Source: Coriobacteriales bacterium | GTDB taxonomy: Bacteria > Actinomycetota > Coriobacteriia > Coriobacteriales > RUG844 | NCBI GenBank assembly: GCA_017434185.1 | Contig: JAFRFV010000138.1 | Location: forward strand, 1 to 56,400 | Length of the DNA: 56,400 bases | Direction of reading: 5' to 3' | Shown here: positions 20,649 through 29,506 of the stretch, in pieces | Numbering within the stretch: the stretch's first letter is position 1 | Layout: each line of letters begins with the position of its first letter | The notes under the pieces: generated by a model | What the model was told of the DNA's origin: nothing | Database searches by the model: none | Seen by the model: only the letters and a program-made list of their open reading frames with translations | Program-made: the position numbers and the translations under genes

Positions 20649-21427
20649 ATCGTCACGGTGGCGATGTACTCCGCGTCAGCGGCGATACCGGGGTCCGCAA
20701 TCGAGAGCACGCCGCCTGCCACGCTCATGAAGTGGCAGAGCGCGATGCCCATATCGATCTTCTGGGAGTCCCAGGGACGGTTGGCGCCTCCCATCGAACC
20801 TTTCTTGTAGAAGTGGAAGGCATCCCCCGCCTTCACGACGCGGCAGGGTTGCTTGTTTGCCGCGGAGGGATACCAGCGCACCGCCTCAAGCGCATCCTTC
20901 ACAGCGTCGTCGCAGTCCAGCAGCGGCGTGGCGAAGTCACCTTCGAAGAACAGCTGCTCGAACGGCAGACGCTCGTCACCACGCACGGAACCCCTGAGCC
21001 TGCGATCAACGAACGACTGCTTCGCAGCGGGATACCCCAGCGGGCTCACGACCATCATGAACTCATCCGGCCCCGTCTGTGCCGCTTCCTCGAAGCGTGA
21101 CCTGTTCATGGTGCCGGCGATCCAGGTGGTGCCGACACCCAACGACCATGCGTACAGCACCAGCTTCTCGAACGAGAATCCCAGCGCCTCCTCGCAGCGC
21201 GGCACCTTGGGCACCTTGACCGCGACGTAGAAATGCTCACCGTTGATCACCGGGCTCGAGAGCTTGTACTGCGCGGCGTCGAGCCACACGAAGCTCACCG
21301 GGATGCCGTAGGGGTTCTCGATCGTCTGTGCGTATGCGGCAAGCGCGTCCTTATCCTCCTGGCTGAGTTCCCTGCCATCGAAGGTGCGGAAGCTCTTCCT
21401 GGTGCGGATGACCTCCTTGATATCCAT
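20645..21427 (-). CDS. Nitroreductase family protein
   Basis: RKSFRTFD, LGVGTTWI, PSAANKQP, IDMGIALCH. Confidence 0.88.
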   Translation of the reverse strand: MDIKEVIRTRKSFRTFDGRELSQEDKDALAAYAQTIENPYGIPVSFVWLDAAQYKLSSPVINGEHFYVAVKVPKVPRCEEALGFSFEKLVLYAWSLGVGTTWIAGTMNRSRFEEAAQTGPDEFMMVVSPLGYPAAKQSFVDRRLRGSVRGDERLPFEQLFFEGDFATPLLDCDDAVKDALEAVRWYPSAANKQPCRVVKAGDAFHFYKKGSMGGANRPWDSQKIDMGIALCHFMSVAGGVLSIADPGIAADAEYIATVTI

Positions 21428-21446
21428 GGTGCAGTCCTCTCCCTCG

Positions 21447-24400
21447 TCAGTTCGCTTTCGTTATCACCGCATAGGCGCCATCGTCGATGGCGCGCAGCAG
21501 CGTGATCAAGTCGCTCTTGGCCAGCAGCACGCAGCCGCCCGAGTTCACACCCACATCGCAGTGGATGAAGAAGGCGCTGCCCGCCCCGGGAACGGTGTCC
21601 GGGTAGTTGTACTGGATGAAGATGCAGTGGTCGTAAGCGCTGCCAACGCTGCTGATGTGCTCGGCCGACTTCCAGTCGCGGCTCACCTGGCTCGCATCTA
21701 CCCAGCGGTTGTAATATGCGGAATCGGAATCATCCACCCAATAGATGTTGTTGTTCGCCACGCGGTATTCCATGCTCGTGCCCGGGTTCGCCACATTCCC
21801 GAAGGCGAAGCCCAGCAGATACGTGCCCGCGGGTGTGGCATTGCAGGCGCCTTCGTAGATATCGCTGCTCACGCCGTTGGGCCCCACACGGCAGTCGAAG
21901 CGCAGCGTCTCCTGCCAGCCGTCATCCGTGAGCTCATGGAACGTGAGTACGCCGCCAGCACCACCCGTACCCTGGATCGCGACGATCTGCTCGCAACTGG
22001 CGGCGATCGCATAGGAGGCCGCGAAGGACTCGCCTGCTCCGGGCAGGACGCTCACGGCATCGTCCATGAAGTACGTCTCGGTCACGCCCGTCAGTTGATC
22101 ATGGACATCAACCCACAGGTGATAAGCCCCGCTCCACGCAGCCGTGACGCTCGCTTGCGACTCGCTCGTGCGGGCACCCGTGTCCTTGACGGTGGAACCC
22201 CAGTGGTTCCAGCTGTCCCCGCGCTTCCACGCGAAGTTGTACTCGAGATCGTCCGCGCGCGGCCCCGTCACGTTGACGGCGAAGTCGATCGACCCACCAC
22301 GCTCGATGTCCCCGGTCGTGAGCAGCTCGATGCCCTCGAAGCTCCAACCCTGCTCCACCTGATACGACTCCGCGGCCACATACGTGCTCTTCTTCCCGCT
22401 CGCATCGATCACGTCCACCCAGATCTCGTACGCGCCCATCTCAGGCAGGATGAACTCGGCGGTGGAACCACTGCGCGCGCTTCCACCATCTTTGAGGTCG
22501 GAATCCCAAGTGCTCCAACCCGGCTTCAAGCGCCAGGCGAAGTTATAGCTGAGCCCCGCGGTGTTGGAACCCTCCGCGAAGACGACCTCCACGGTGACGG
22601 GCTCACCGGGTGCGCCGGCATCGGGACTCACGACGACGCTCTCAACCTGCCAATCCTGCGTCACCACCAGGTCGCGATAGTACTGTCTGGTCCTGCCGTT
22701 GGCTTGCTGCGCGTCGATCCACAGGCGGTAGTTGCCCGGCTTGCTGGGCGTGAAGGACCAGCTGGTCTCACTCGTAGTTGAGCCGGTGCGCTTGACGGTG
22801 GAATCCCAGTCGTCACCCCACTGGCCCTCCCAGCTCCAGGCGTAGTTGAACTCGGCGCCGCTCGCATCACCTGCGACCTGTGGTGTCATCGTCACACTCT
22901 GGCCCAGCATGATGCGCGTGGCGGAGATCTCGAGTCCCGTGACCTGATAGGGCAGGTCGACCGGCTCCGGCTGATACCAGACGATGCGCCCGCCCATGCT
23001 GGAGAAGCCCGCTTGGAAGCCGTCCAGGCTCCAGGAATGCGTGCTGCCCCAAAGCGGGTCGGTCACCCTGATGGCACCCGGCTCATAGCCACTCACCACC
23101 ACGGCATGTTCGTTGTAGGGCCAGGGCACGCTCTCGCCGGTCTTGTAGTCGGTCCAGGTTGGATAACCCCAGCGGATGTACCCATCGGTGCGCATGCTGA
23201 TCCAGGCGATCAGGGGCTCGCCTTGGTCGAGGCACCAATAGATGTCCTCCATCACAGCGCCCACCAGGCTGCTGGCACCATCCAGGTATCCGTTCGCGAG
23301 GTCCGCGATGGGCTTCTCGAACACACCGTAGCCACTCGTCTTCGTGGGATCGCCGATGAACGCACGCTCGGGATTGCCGCCCACACCACCGCTGGGACCC
23401 GGTTCCCTGGGCAGATCGCTCACGATCTCCCACATACTCACATCGACGCCGTAGTACTGGAGCAGCATGTACAGCGACGCGCTCTCGCATCCCGTGGGAT
23501 AACCGTTCGCAGTCTGATCGTAGGCTGCCACATCGATCTGCACGGCATCACTCTGCGCGTCGTACGTCACCTGCAGCTCGCGCTCGAAGAACTGCGTCGT
23601 CCCATCCGGGGCGACCGCATCGATCCACACGCGGTATTCGCCCGGAATGGGCGGCTTGAAGTCCCATGTGGGATCCTTGCTGCGCTCACCCGTGCGCAGG
23701 ACCGTCGAATCCCAAAGGTCCCAGCCGTCCGCGAAAGCCCAAGCGTAATTGAATTCGAATCGCGACGCATCGCCCTTGGCATGGGGTGATAAGGTCACGG
23801 TCTCCCCCCATGCGATACTCGTCGCGGAGAGATCGAGACCGGTGATCCCGTCCGATGCTTCGACGACGTATTCCTCGCTCGCGGTGAAGGTCCGACTCGT
23901 TCCCTCCGCATCGATCACATCCACCCAGATCGTATAGACGCCAGCGCCGGGAAGCGTGAGCGCGGCGCTGGATTCACTGCGTGGGCTGCCGCCATCCTTC
24001 AGGTCGGAGTCCCAAACGCTCCAATCGGGATTCTTGCGCCAGACGAAGTTGTAGGAAAGCCCCAAGGTGTTCGACCCATCCGCGAAGTGCAGCGTCACCT
24101 GCGTGTCGATACCTGGAGCGCCGGGGTCCGGACTGAGCTCGATGGATTCGAGTTCCCAAGCGGGCCCCACGGTGAGTTCGCACTGGAAGAGCTGTGTCGT
24201 GCCGTCAGGCGCCACCGCATCTATCCACAGGCGATAAGCGCCTGCTCTGCGCGGAGTGAATTCCCAGCTCGTCGCGGATGTGCGGGAACCGGTGTCGAGC
24301 ACCGTCGAGCCCCAGAAGTCCCAGCCTGAGCCGAGTGCCCAGGCGTAGTTGAACTCGAAACCGCTCACATCACCGCTGGTCTGCGGCGTCATGGTGACGG

Positions 24401-24692
24401 AAGCTCCAAGGCGGATGCTGCTCGAGGAAAGCTCCAGACCCGTGACCTGCCCCTCCCCTGTTTCGCCCTTGGCTGCAACGCTGACATTCGGTTCCGGTTG
24501 ACCCGGCTCCTCCGTTGGCTCAGCCGCTTCGAGCATATCGAGCGGTTCGACAGCTTCCGTCACCTCGAGCAACTCGATCGCCTCGACCGGCTCAACCGCA
24601 TCAACAACGCCATCGTCGGCGATGGCGAACGGCGCGCAGGCAAGGAATGCCGCCAACAGCAGGACGACCGGTATGAATCGATGGGAGCGCAT
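21447..24692 (-). CDS. Secreted multidomain protein: Trp-rich Ig-like repeats, C39-like peptidase, C-terminal L,D-transpeptidase-like domain
   Basis: Signal peptide; PTGCE...EHAVVVSGY...DP; TPAGTY...FFIHC....SGGCV. Confidence 0.8.
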   Translation of the reverse strand: MRSHRFIPVVLLLAAFLACAPFAIADDGVVDAVEPVEAIELLEVTEAVEPLDMLEAAEPTEEPGQPEPNVSVAAKGETGEGQVTGLELSSSSIRLGASVTMTPQTSGDVSGFEFNYAWALGSGWDFWGSTVLDTGSRTSATSWEFTPRRAGAYRLWIDAVAPDGTTQLFQCELTVGPAWELESIELSPDPGAPGIDTQVTLHFADGSNTLGLSYNFVWRKNPDWSVWDSDLKDGGSPRSESSAALTLPGAGVYTIWVDVIDAEGTSRTFTASEEYVVEASDGITGLDLSATSIAWGETVTLSPHAKGDASRFEFNYAWAFADGWDLWDSTVLRTGERSKDPTWDFKPPIPGEYRVWIDAVAPDGTTQFFERELQVTYDAQSDAVQIDVAAYDQTANGYPTGCESASLYMLLQYYGVDVSMWEIVSDLPREPGPSGGVGGNPERAFIGDPTKTSGYGVFEKPIADLANGYLDGASSLVGAVMEDIYWCLDQGEPLIAWISMRTDGYIRWGYPTWTDYKTGESVPWPYNEHAVVVSGYEPGAIRVTDPLWGSTHSWSLDGFQAGFSSMGGRIVWYQPEPVDLPYQVTGLEISATRIMLGQSVTMTPQVAGDASGAEFNYAWSWEGQWGDDWDSTVKRTGSTTSETSWSFTPSKPGNYRLWIDAQQANGRTRQYYRDLVVTQDWQVESVVVSPDAGAPGEPVTVEVVFAEGSNTAGLSYNFAWRLKPGWSTWDSDLKDGGSARSGSTAEFILPEMGAYEIWVDVIDASGKKSTYVAAESYQVEQGWSFEGIELLTTGDIERGGSIDFAVNVTGPRADDLEYNFAWKRGDSWNHWGSTVKDTGARTSESQASVTAAWSGAYHLWVDVHDQLTGVTETYFMDDAVSVLPGAGESFAASYAIAASCEQIVAIQGTGGAGGVLTFHELTDDGWQETLRFDCRVGPNGVSSDIYEGACNATPAGTYLLGFAFGNVANPGTSMEYRVANNNIYWVDDSDSAYYNRWVDASQVSRDWKSAEHISSVGSAYDHCIFIQYNYPDTVPGAGSAFFIHCDVGVNSGGCVLLAKSDLITLLRAIDDGAYAVITKAN

Positions 24693-24695
24693 CGC

Positions 24696-27600
24696 TTATC
24701 CCCTGGGAGACCATTCGGAACCGAAGCAGTACACCTTGGTCCCGTTGGGGATGTTGTCGTAGATCCACTTGGCGTTCTCAGGCGCCAGACGTACGCAACC
24801 GTGGGAGATGCGCTCACCCAGACGTCCATCGAGAACGTCCCAGGTGCCGCGGTAGTACTCGATGGTATGGAATAGGTAGTCACCCCAGAACTGCGTGTAG
24901 TAATAGCAGGTGTAGGGCGTGCCACCCTTGGAACCGCTGAAGGAATAGCCGCGGCCCGTGACGGTGTAGGTGCCATTGGGCGTGGGCGAGCCGACGGCGC
25001 CCGGACTGCAATCCCAGTAGCGGATGGGCATCCAGTCGTATTGACTGCCACGGTAGATGGTGACCTTGCAGCGCTCGGAGTCGGCGATGATCAGGTAGCT
25101 CGTGCTGCTCGTCATGTACTGGAAGCGGCCGTCATAGGGGTCCTCGCGCTGGAGCCACCTGCTCACGCTCCGCTGCTGGGTGCTGCCATCGGGAGCGGTC
25201 ACATCCACGATGAAGGTGTAGGTGCCGTAACCCTCCGTGGGAGCCCAGCTCGCGCTCGAAGCGTTGGTATCCTGTGCGATGATCCCGCCCTTGGACACGC
25301 TGTACTGCGCCCACGAATAGGTGAAGGTGAAACCCTCCAGGTTGTCGCAGTTCAGCTGCGGATGGATGATGACCGTCTTCTCGAGTGAGCCGGGAACGCC
25401 GCCGTCGATCACTTCGAGCTCGATGCCGGTGAAATCCCAGACCGCGATGTTCTCGCGCTCGTTGTCGACCTCACCGTAGGTATCACGCACGTAACCGTAA
25501 ACCGTGTAACCGCCACTCGCATCAGGTGTCCACGTGCAGCTGCTGGAATCCGAATAGTCCTGGATGGTCGTGAGCGCACCGTCGGAGCCAAGGTGGTATG
25601 CGAAGCGGTACTGCAGGCCGGTGGTATCACCCGTGGTCTCGATGGCCAGGTCGATGCTCTCACCGGGCTTGGCGGAGCTCTTCGACACGATCAGGCCGGG
25701 ATCCGCGAAGTCCCACGGACGCGTGATCTTGAGCGGTTCATCACAGTCGAAGGTCTGAGTAGTGCCGAGCACGGGGTCGTGCACGATCGCGCTCAGCTGG
25801 TACAGACCGCCCCACTGCGGAGTGAAGATGGCGGAATCGTCGCCCGTGAAGCTGCAGCCGCCATCGCTGGTCGAACCATGCGAATCGGGGTCGCCCACAC
25901 GCTGCCACGCCAGCTCGACCTCCAGCTGCGACACACGGGAGCCGCTGAATGCCGCCGCGAACTCGACGGGGTTGCCGCGCTCGATGGGGCCGGGAGTGAG
26001 AATCTCGATGCCATCGAAGTCCCAGCCCTGGGTTACCGTGAGCGAAGCGGAGAAGTACTGCACCTCACCGTCGCTCGAGACCGCGTCGATCCAAAGGTTG
26101 TAGTTGCCCGTCTTCTGCGGCACGAAATCCCAGGAGAGCTCGCTCGTGCGGGAGCCGGTGCGCTTTACGGTGGAATCCCAATCGTCACCCCACTGGCCCT
26201 CCCAGCTCCAGGCGTAGTTGATGGTGAGCGGCGTGGTGTCGCCCGTGACATGGGGCGACATGGTGACCGGTTCGCCCACGGCGACCGTATTGGAGGAAAG
26301 ATCGAGGCCTGTGACTTGGTACGGCAAGCCCACCGTGTAGCTGCCGCTGGGGCTGAAGGTGGTGGACACACCGTTGGCATCGATCACATCCACCCAGATG
26401 TCGTACGTGCCACGCTTGGGCAGATCGAGCGCGGCGGTGGACTCGCTACGAGGGCTGCCGCCGTCCTTCTTGTCGGAATCCCACAGGCTCCAGCCCGGCT
26501 CGAGACGCCAGACGAAGTTGTAGGAAAGGTTGGTGGTGTTGGAGCCTGGCGCGAAGACGACTTCCACCTGGACTGGCGTTCCCAGAGCGCCCGGTTCGGG
26601 ACTGATGCTGATGGACTCGACCTGCCAGTCCTGGGTGACCGTGAGGTCGCGATAGTACTGCTTGCTGCCGCCGTCGGCCGTCTGGGCATCGATCCACAGG
26701 CGATAAGCGCCCGGCTTGCTGGGCGTGAACTCCCAGCTCGCGTCACCCGTGGTCGCGCCGGTACGCTTGACGGTGGAGTCCCAGTTGTCGCCCCACTGGC
26801 CCTCCCAGCTCCAGACGTAGTTGAACTCAGCGGCGCTCGCATCGCCGCTCACCTGCGGCGTCATGATCACGCTCTGCCCCAATTCGATGGAGCTGGCGGA
26901 AAGCTCGAGACCCGTGACCTCATAGGGAAGACCTACTTCGTAGCTACTCTGGGAGCTGAAGGTGGTGGACACGCCGTTGGCATCGATCACGTCAACCCAG
27001 ATGTCGTAGCTGCCCGCCCTGGGCAACTCCAGAGAGGCGCTGGATTCATTGCGTGGTCCACCGCTGGACTTGATGTCGGAGTCCCATGTGCTCCAGCCGG
27101 GCTCGAGACGCCAGACGAAGTTGTAGGACAGGTTGGTGGTGTTGGAGCCGGCCGCGAAGACGACCTCCACCTGCACCGGTGTACCCACCATACCCGGTGT
27201 GGGGCCGACCTGGATGGATTCGACCTGCCACTCCTGGTTGACCTGAAGGCTCTGATCGAACTGTTTGGTCGTGCCATCGGGAGCGACCGCGTCGATCCAT
27301 AGCGAATACGTGCCCGGTTTGTGGGGAGTGAACTCCCAGCTCGCATCACTCGTGCGCGAGCCGCTGCGCTTGACAGTGGAGTCCCAGTTGTCGCCCCACT
27401 GGCCCTCCCAGCTCCAGGCGTAGTTGAATTCGAAGCCACTCGCATCACCGCTGATCAGCGGTGTCATGGTGACGGACTGCCCCAATTCGATGCTGTTCGA
27501 GGAAAGCTCCAAGCCGGTCGCCTGGCCGGGTTCACCCCTTGTCGGACCCGCCGCTTCGACTACTGGAGCCTGCGCGGGAGGGGTCGTGTCCTCGACGGTG

Positions 27601-27779
27601 GGTTCCTCCGCGACTTCGACGGTGGGTTCCTCCATCGGCTCGACGGCTTCGATGCTGGGTGCAGTGGCATCGCCCGTGGGCTCATCGTCCGCGAGAGCGA
27701 AGGTAGCGAAGGACAGAAGGAGCAGCGCGCTCAGAAGCGCGGCGATGAACCGTGCATATTGCAGTCGACGAAAGCGCAC
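24696..27779 (-). CDS. Secreted L,D-transpeptidase (YkuD) with tandem Trp-rich Ig-like repeats
   Basis: Signal peptide; alternating ~95-100 aa repeats; TPNGTY...LFHT...SHGCVRL...AKWIY. Confidence 0.85.
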   Translation of the reverse strand: MRFRRLQYARFIAALLSALLLLSFATFALADDEPTGDATAPSIEAVEPMEEPTVEVAEEPTVEDTTPPAQAPVVEAAGPTRGEPGQATGLELSSNSIELGQSVTMTPLISGDASGFEFNYAWSWEGQWGDNWDSTVKRSGSRTSDASWEFTPHKPGTYSLWIDAVAPDGTTKQFDQSLQVNQEWQVESIQVGPTPGMVGTPVQVEVVFAAGSNTTNLSYNFVWRLEPGWSTWDSDIKSSGGPRNESSASLELPRAGSYDIWVDVIDANGVSTTFSSQSSYEVGLPYEVTGLELSASSIELGQSVIMTPQVSGDASAAEFNYVWSWEGQWGDNWDSTVKRTGATTGDASWEFTPSKPGAYRLWIDAQTADGGSKQYYRDLTVTQDWQVESISISPEPGALGTPVQVEVVFAPGSNTTNLSYNFVWRLEPGWSLWDSDKKDGGSPRSESTAALDLPKRGTYDIWVDVIDANGVSTTFSPSGSYTVGLPYQVTGLDLSSNTVAVGEPVTMSPHVTGDTTPLTINYAWSWEGQWGDDWDSTVKRTGSRTSELSWDFVPQKTGNYNLWIDAVSSDGEVQYFSASLTVTQGWDFDGIEILTPGPIERGNPVEFAAAFSGSRVSQLEVELAWQRVGDPDSHGSTSDGGCSFTGDDSAIFTPQWGGLYQLSAIVHDPVLGTTQTFDCDEPLKITRPWDFADPGLIVSKSSAKPGESIDLAIETTGDTTGLQYRFAYHLGSDGALTTIQDYSDSSSCTWTPDASGGYTVYGYVRDTYGEVDNERENIAVWDFTGIELEVIDGGVPGSLEKTVIIHPQLNCDNLEGFTFTYSWAQYSVSKGGIIAQDTNASSASWAPTEGYGTYTFIVDVTAPDGSTQQRSVSRWLQREDPYDGRFQYMTSSTSYLIIADSERCKVTIYRGSQYDWMPIRYWDCSPGAVGSPTPNGTYTVTGRGYSFSGSKGGTPYTCYYYTQFWGDYLFHTIEYYRGTWDVLDGRLGERISHGCVRLAPENAKWIYDNIPNGTKVYCFGSEWSPRG

Positions 27780-27924
27780 TCAGGGGTCCCTTCTCCTAGC
27801 TGTGTGATGTGAAAAGGATACTTGCCCAGCCTCCCGTACACAAGATGCGAGCAGGGAAAACACCTTTCGTCGACTCACGTGGCCAAGGGCTTATCCCCTG
27901 CGCGGGGCAAGCGTACAATGTGGC

Positions 27925-28076
27925 CATCCTGTTTCAGGGCGAGGTGGAATCCCTCACTGGCGGTTAGTCGCGTGCTGACGTGACGAGCCCGCGACCCGCA
28001 CGTGGGATGCGTGCGGCTGATCCGGTGCGAACCCGGAGCCAACGGTCAGAGTCCGGATGGAAGAAACGAAAGGATG
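27925..28076 (+). ncRNA. FMN riboswitch (RFN element)
   Basis: AGGGCGAGGTGGAATCCCTCACTGGCGGT...AGCCCGCGA...GATCCGGTG...CCGGAGCCAACGGTCAGAGTCCGGATGGAAGA; CATCCTGTTTC can pair with GAAAC..AGGATG over the RBS; TACAAT upstream. Confidence 0.92.
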
Positions 28077-28082
28077 TCTGTC

Positions 28083-28676
28083 ATGGGCAATGAGTCCAAT
28101 GCCGCCGCGCAACGCGGCACCACGCCAAGCTTCCGCAACAGCAATCGTTGGGACACCAGACAACTGGTTGTGATGGGGCTCCTGTGCGCCATCGGCGTGC
28201 TGCTGAGCTTCGTCGAGTTCCCCATCTTCCCCGCCGCCCCCTGGCTCAAGTACGATGCCAGCTTCGTCGCCTACATGGTGGCGGGCTTCGCGTACGGCCC
28301 CGGCGCCGGTCTGGCCGTGGGTATCACCGCGATCGTGATCCACGGTCTGATGGACGGCAATCTGTGGGGAGCCGCCATGAACGTCCTGGTGCTCGTGGGC
28401 TTCCTGTGGCCCGCAGCAGTGATCTACATGCGCAAGCGCACGCTGGGCCGTGCCGTCGTGGGCCTGCTCGTGGGTTGCGTCTGCGCTCTTGCCATGGCCA
28501 TCGTGGGCAACATAGTCGTCACGCCCATCTATTCCGGCATGCCGCGTGAGGCGGTCATAGACCTGATCCTGCCGGTCCTGCTGCCCTTCAACGCCATGAA
28601 GGCGGGCCTCAACACCGTTCTCACACTCGCGGTCTACAAGAGCATCTCGTTGCTCATCAAACCACAGCGGCGATGA
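28083..28676 (+). CDS. ribU: ECF transporter S component, riboflavin (RibU-like)
   Basis: EFPIFPAAPWLKYD, several TM helices, LLPFNAMK; lies directly behind the FMN riboswitch. Confidence 0.85.
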   Translation: MGNESNAAAQRGTTPSFRNSNRWDTRQLVVMGLLCAIGVLLSFVEFPIFPAAPWLKYDASFVAYMVAGFAYGPGAGLAVGITAIVIHGLMDGNLWGAAMNVLVLVGFLWPAAVIYMRKRTLGRAVVGLLVGCVCALAMAIVGNIVVTPIYSGMPREAVIDLILPVLLPFNAMKAGLNTVLTLAVYKSISLLIKPQRR

Positions 28677-29506
28677 CGGCGATCGACTTCGAGGGCGTCC
28701 GCTTCTCGTACGACGACAGCAAGAATGCACTCGACGGCGTCACGCTGCATATAGCAGCAGGTGAGTTCGTCGCCGTGCTGGGTGGCAACGGCAGCGGAAA
28801 ATCCACGCTCGCCAAGCATGTGAACGCCCTGCTCGTTCCCAGGACCGGAACGGTGCTCACGCTGGGCATGGACACACAGGATCCGGATTCCCTGTATCTG
28901 ATCCGCCAGAACGCAGGCATGGTCTTCCAGAACCCCGACGACCAGCTGGTGGCCACGCTGGTCGAGAACGAGGTCGCCTTTGGCCCGGAGAACCTTGGCG
29001 TGCCCAGCAGCGAACTCGAGCTGCGGGTGCGCGACGCACTGCATGAAGTGGGTTTTCGCGACGCCAGCTTCGCCACCCACGAGACGAACGCGCTCTCCGG
29101 CGGACAGAAGCAGCGCCTTGCGATCGCCGGCGTGCTGGCCATGGAGCCACGCATCCTCATATTGGACGAGGCGACCGCCATGCTCGACCCACGTGGGCGG
29201 CGCGGTCTGCTGCGCATCGCCCGTGAACTCAACGCGAACGGCATGACCGTCATCATGATCACACACTCCATGGAGGAGGCCGCGCAGGCGAGCCGTGTCA
29301 TCGTGCTGCGCGAAGGGCGCATCGTGGCGGATGGCAGCCCCGCGCAGGTACTCTGCGACAAGGAGACGCTCTCGAGCCTGCATCTCAGGCTGCCCTTCGC
29401 CGTGCGGCTCTCGCTCGCATTGCAGCAACGCGGCATCCCCGTGAGCATCCATCTGGACGAATCGTCGCTGGAGGAGGAGCTATGCAGCTTGAACTCCGCG
29501 ATGTGA
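28673..29506 (+). CDS. ecfA1: ECF ATPase EcfA1
   Basis: GGNGSGKST, FQNPDDQ, LSGGQKQR, LDEATAMLDP. Confidence 0.92.
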   Translation: MTAIDFEGVRFSYDDSKNALDGVTLHIAAGEFVAVLGGNGSGKSTLAKHVNALLVPRTGTVLTLGMDTQDPDSLYLIRQNAGMVFQNPDDQLVATLVENEVAFGPENLGVPSSELELRVRDALHEVGFRDASFATHETNALSGGQKQRLAIAGVLAMEPRILILDEATAMLDPRGRRGLLRIARELNANGMTVIMITHSMEEAAQASRVIVLREGRIVADGSPAQVLCDKETLSSLHLRLPFAVRLSLALQQRGIPVSIHLDESSLEEELCSLNSAM

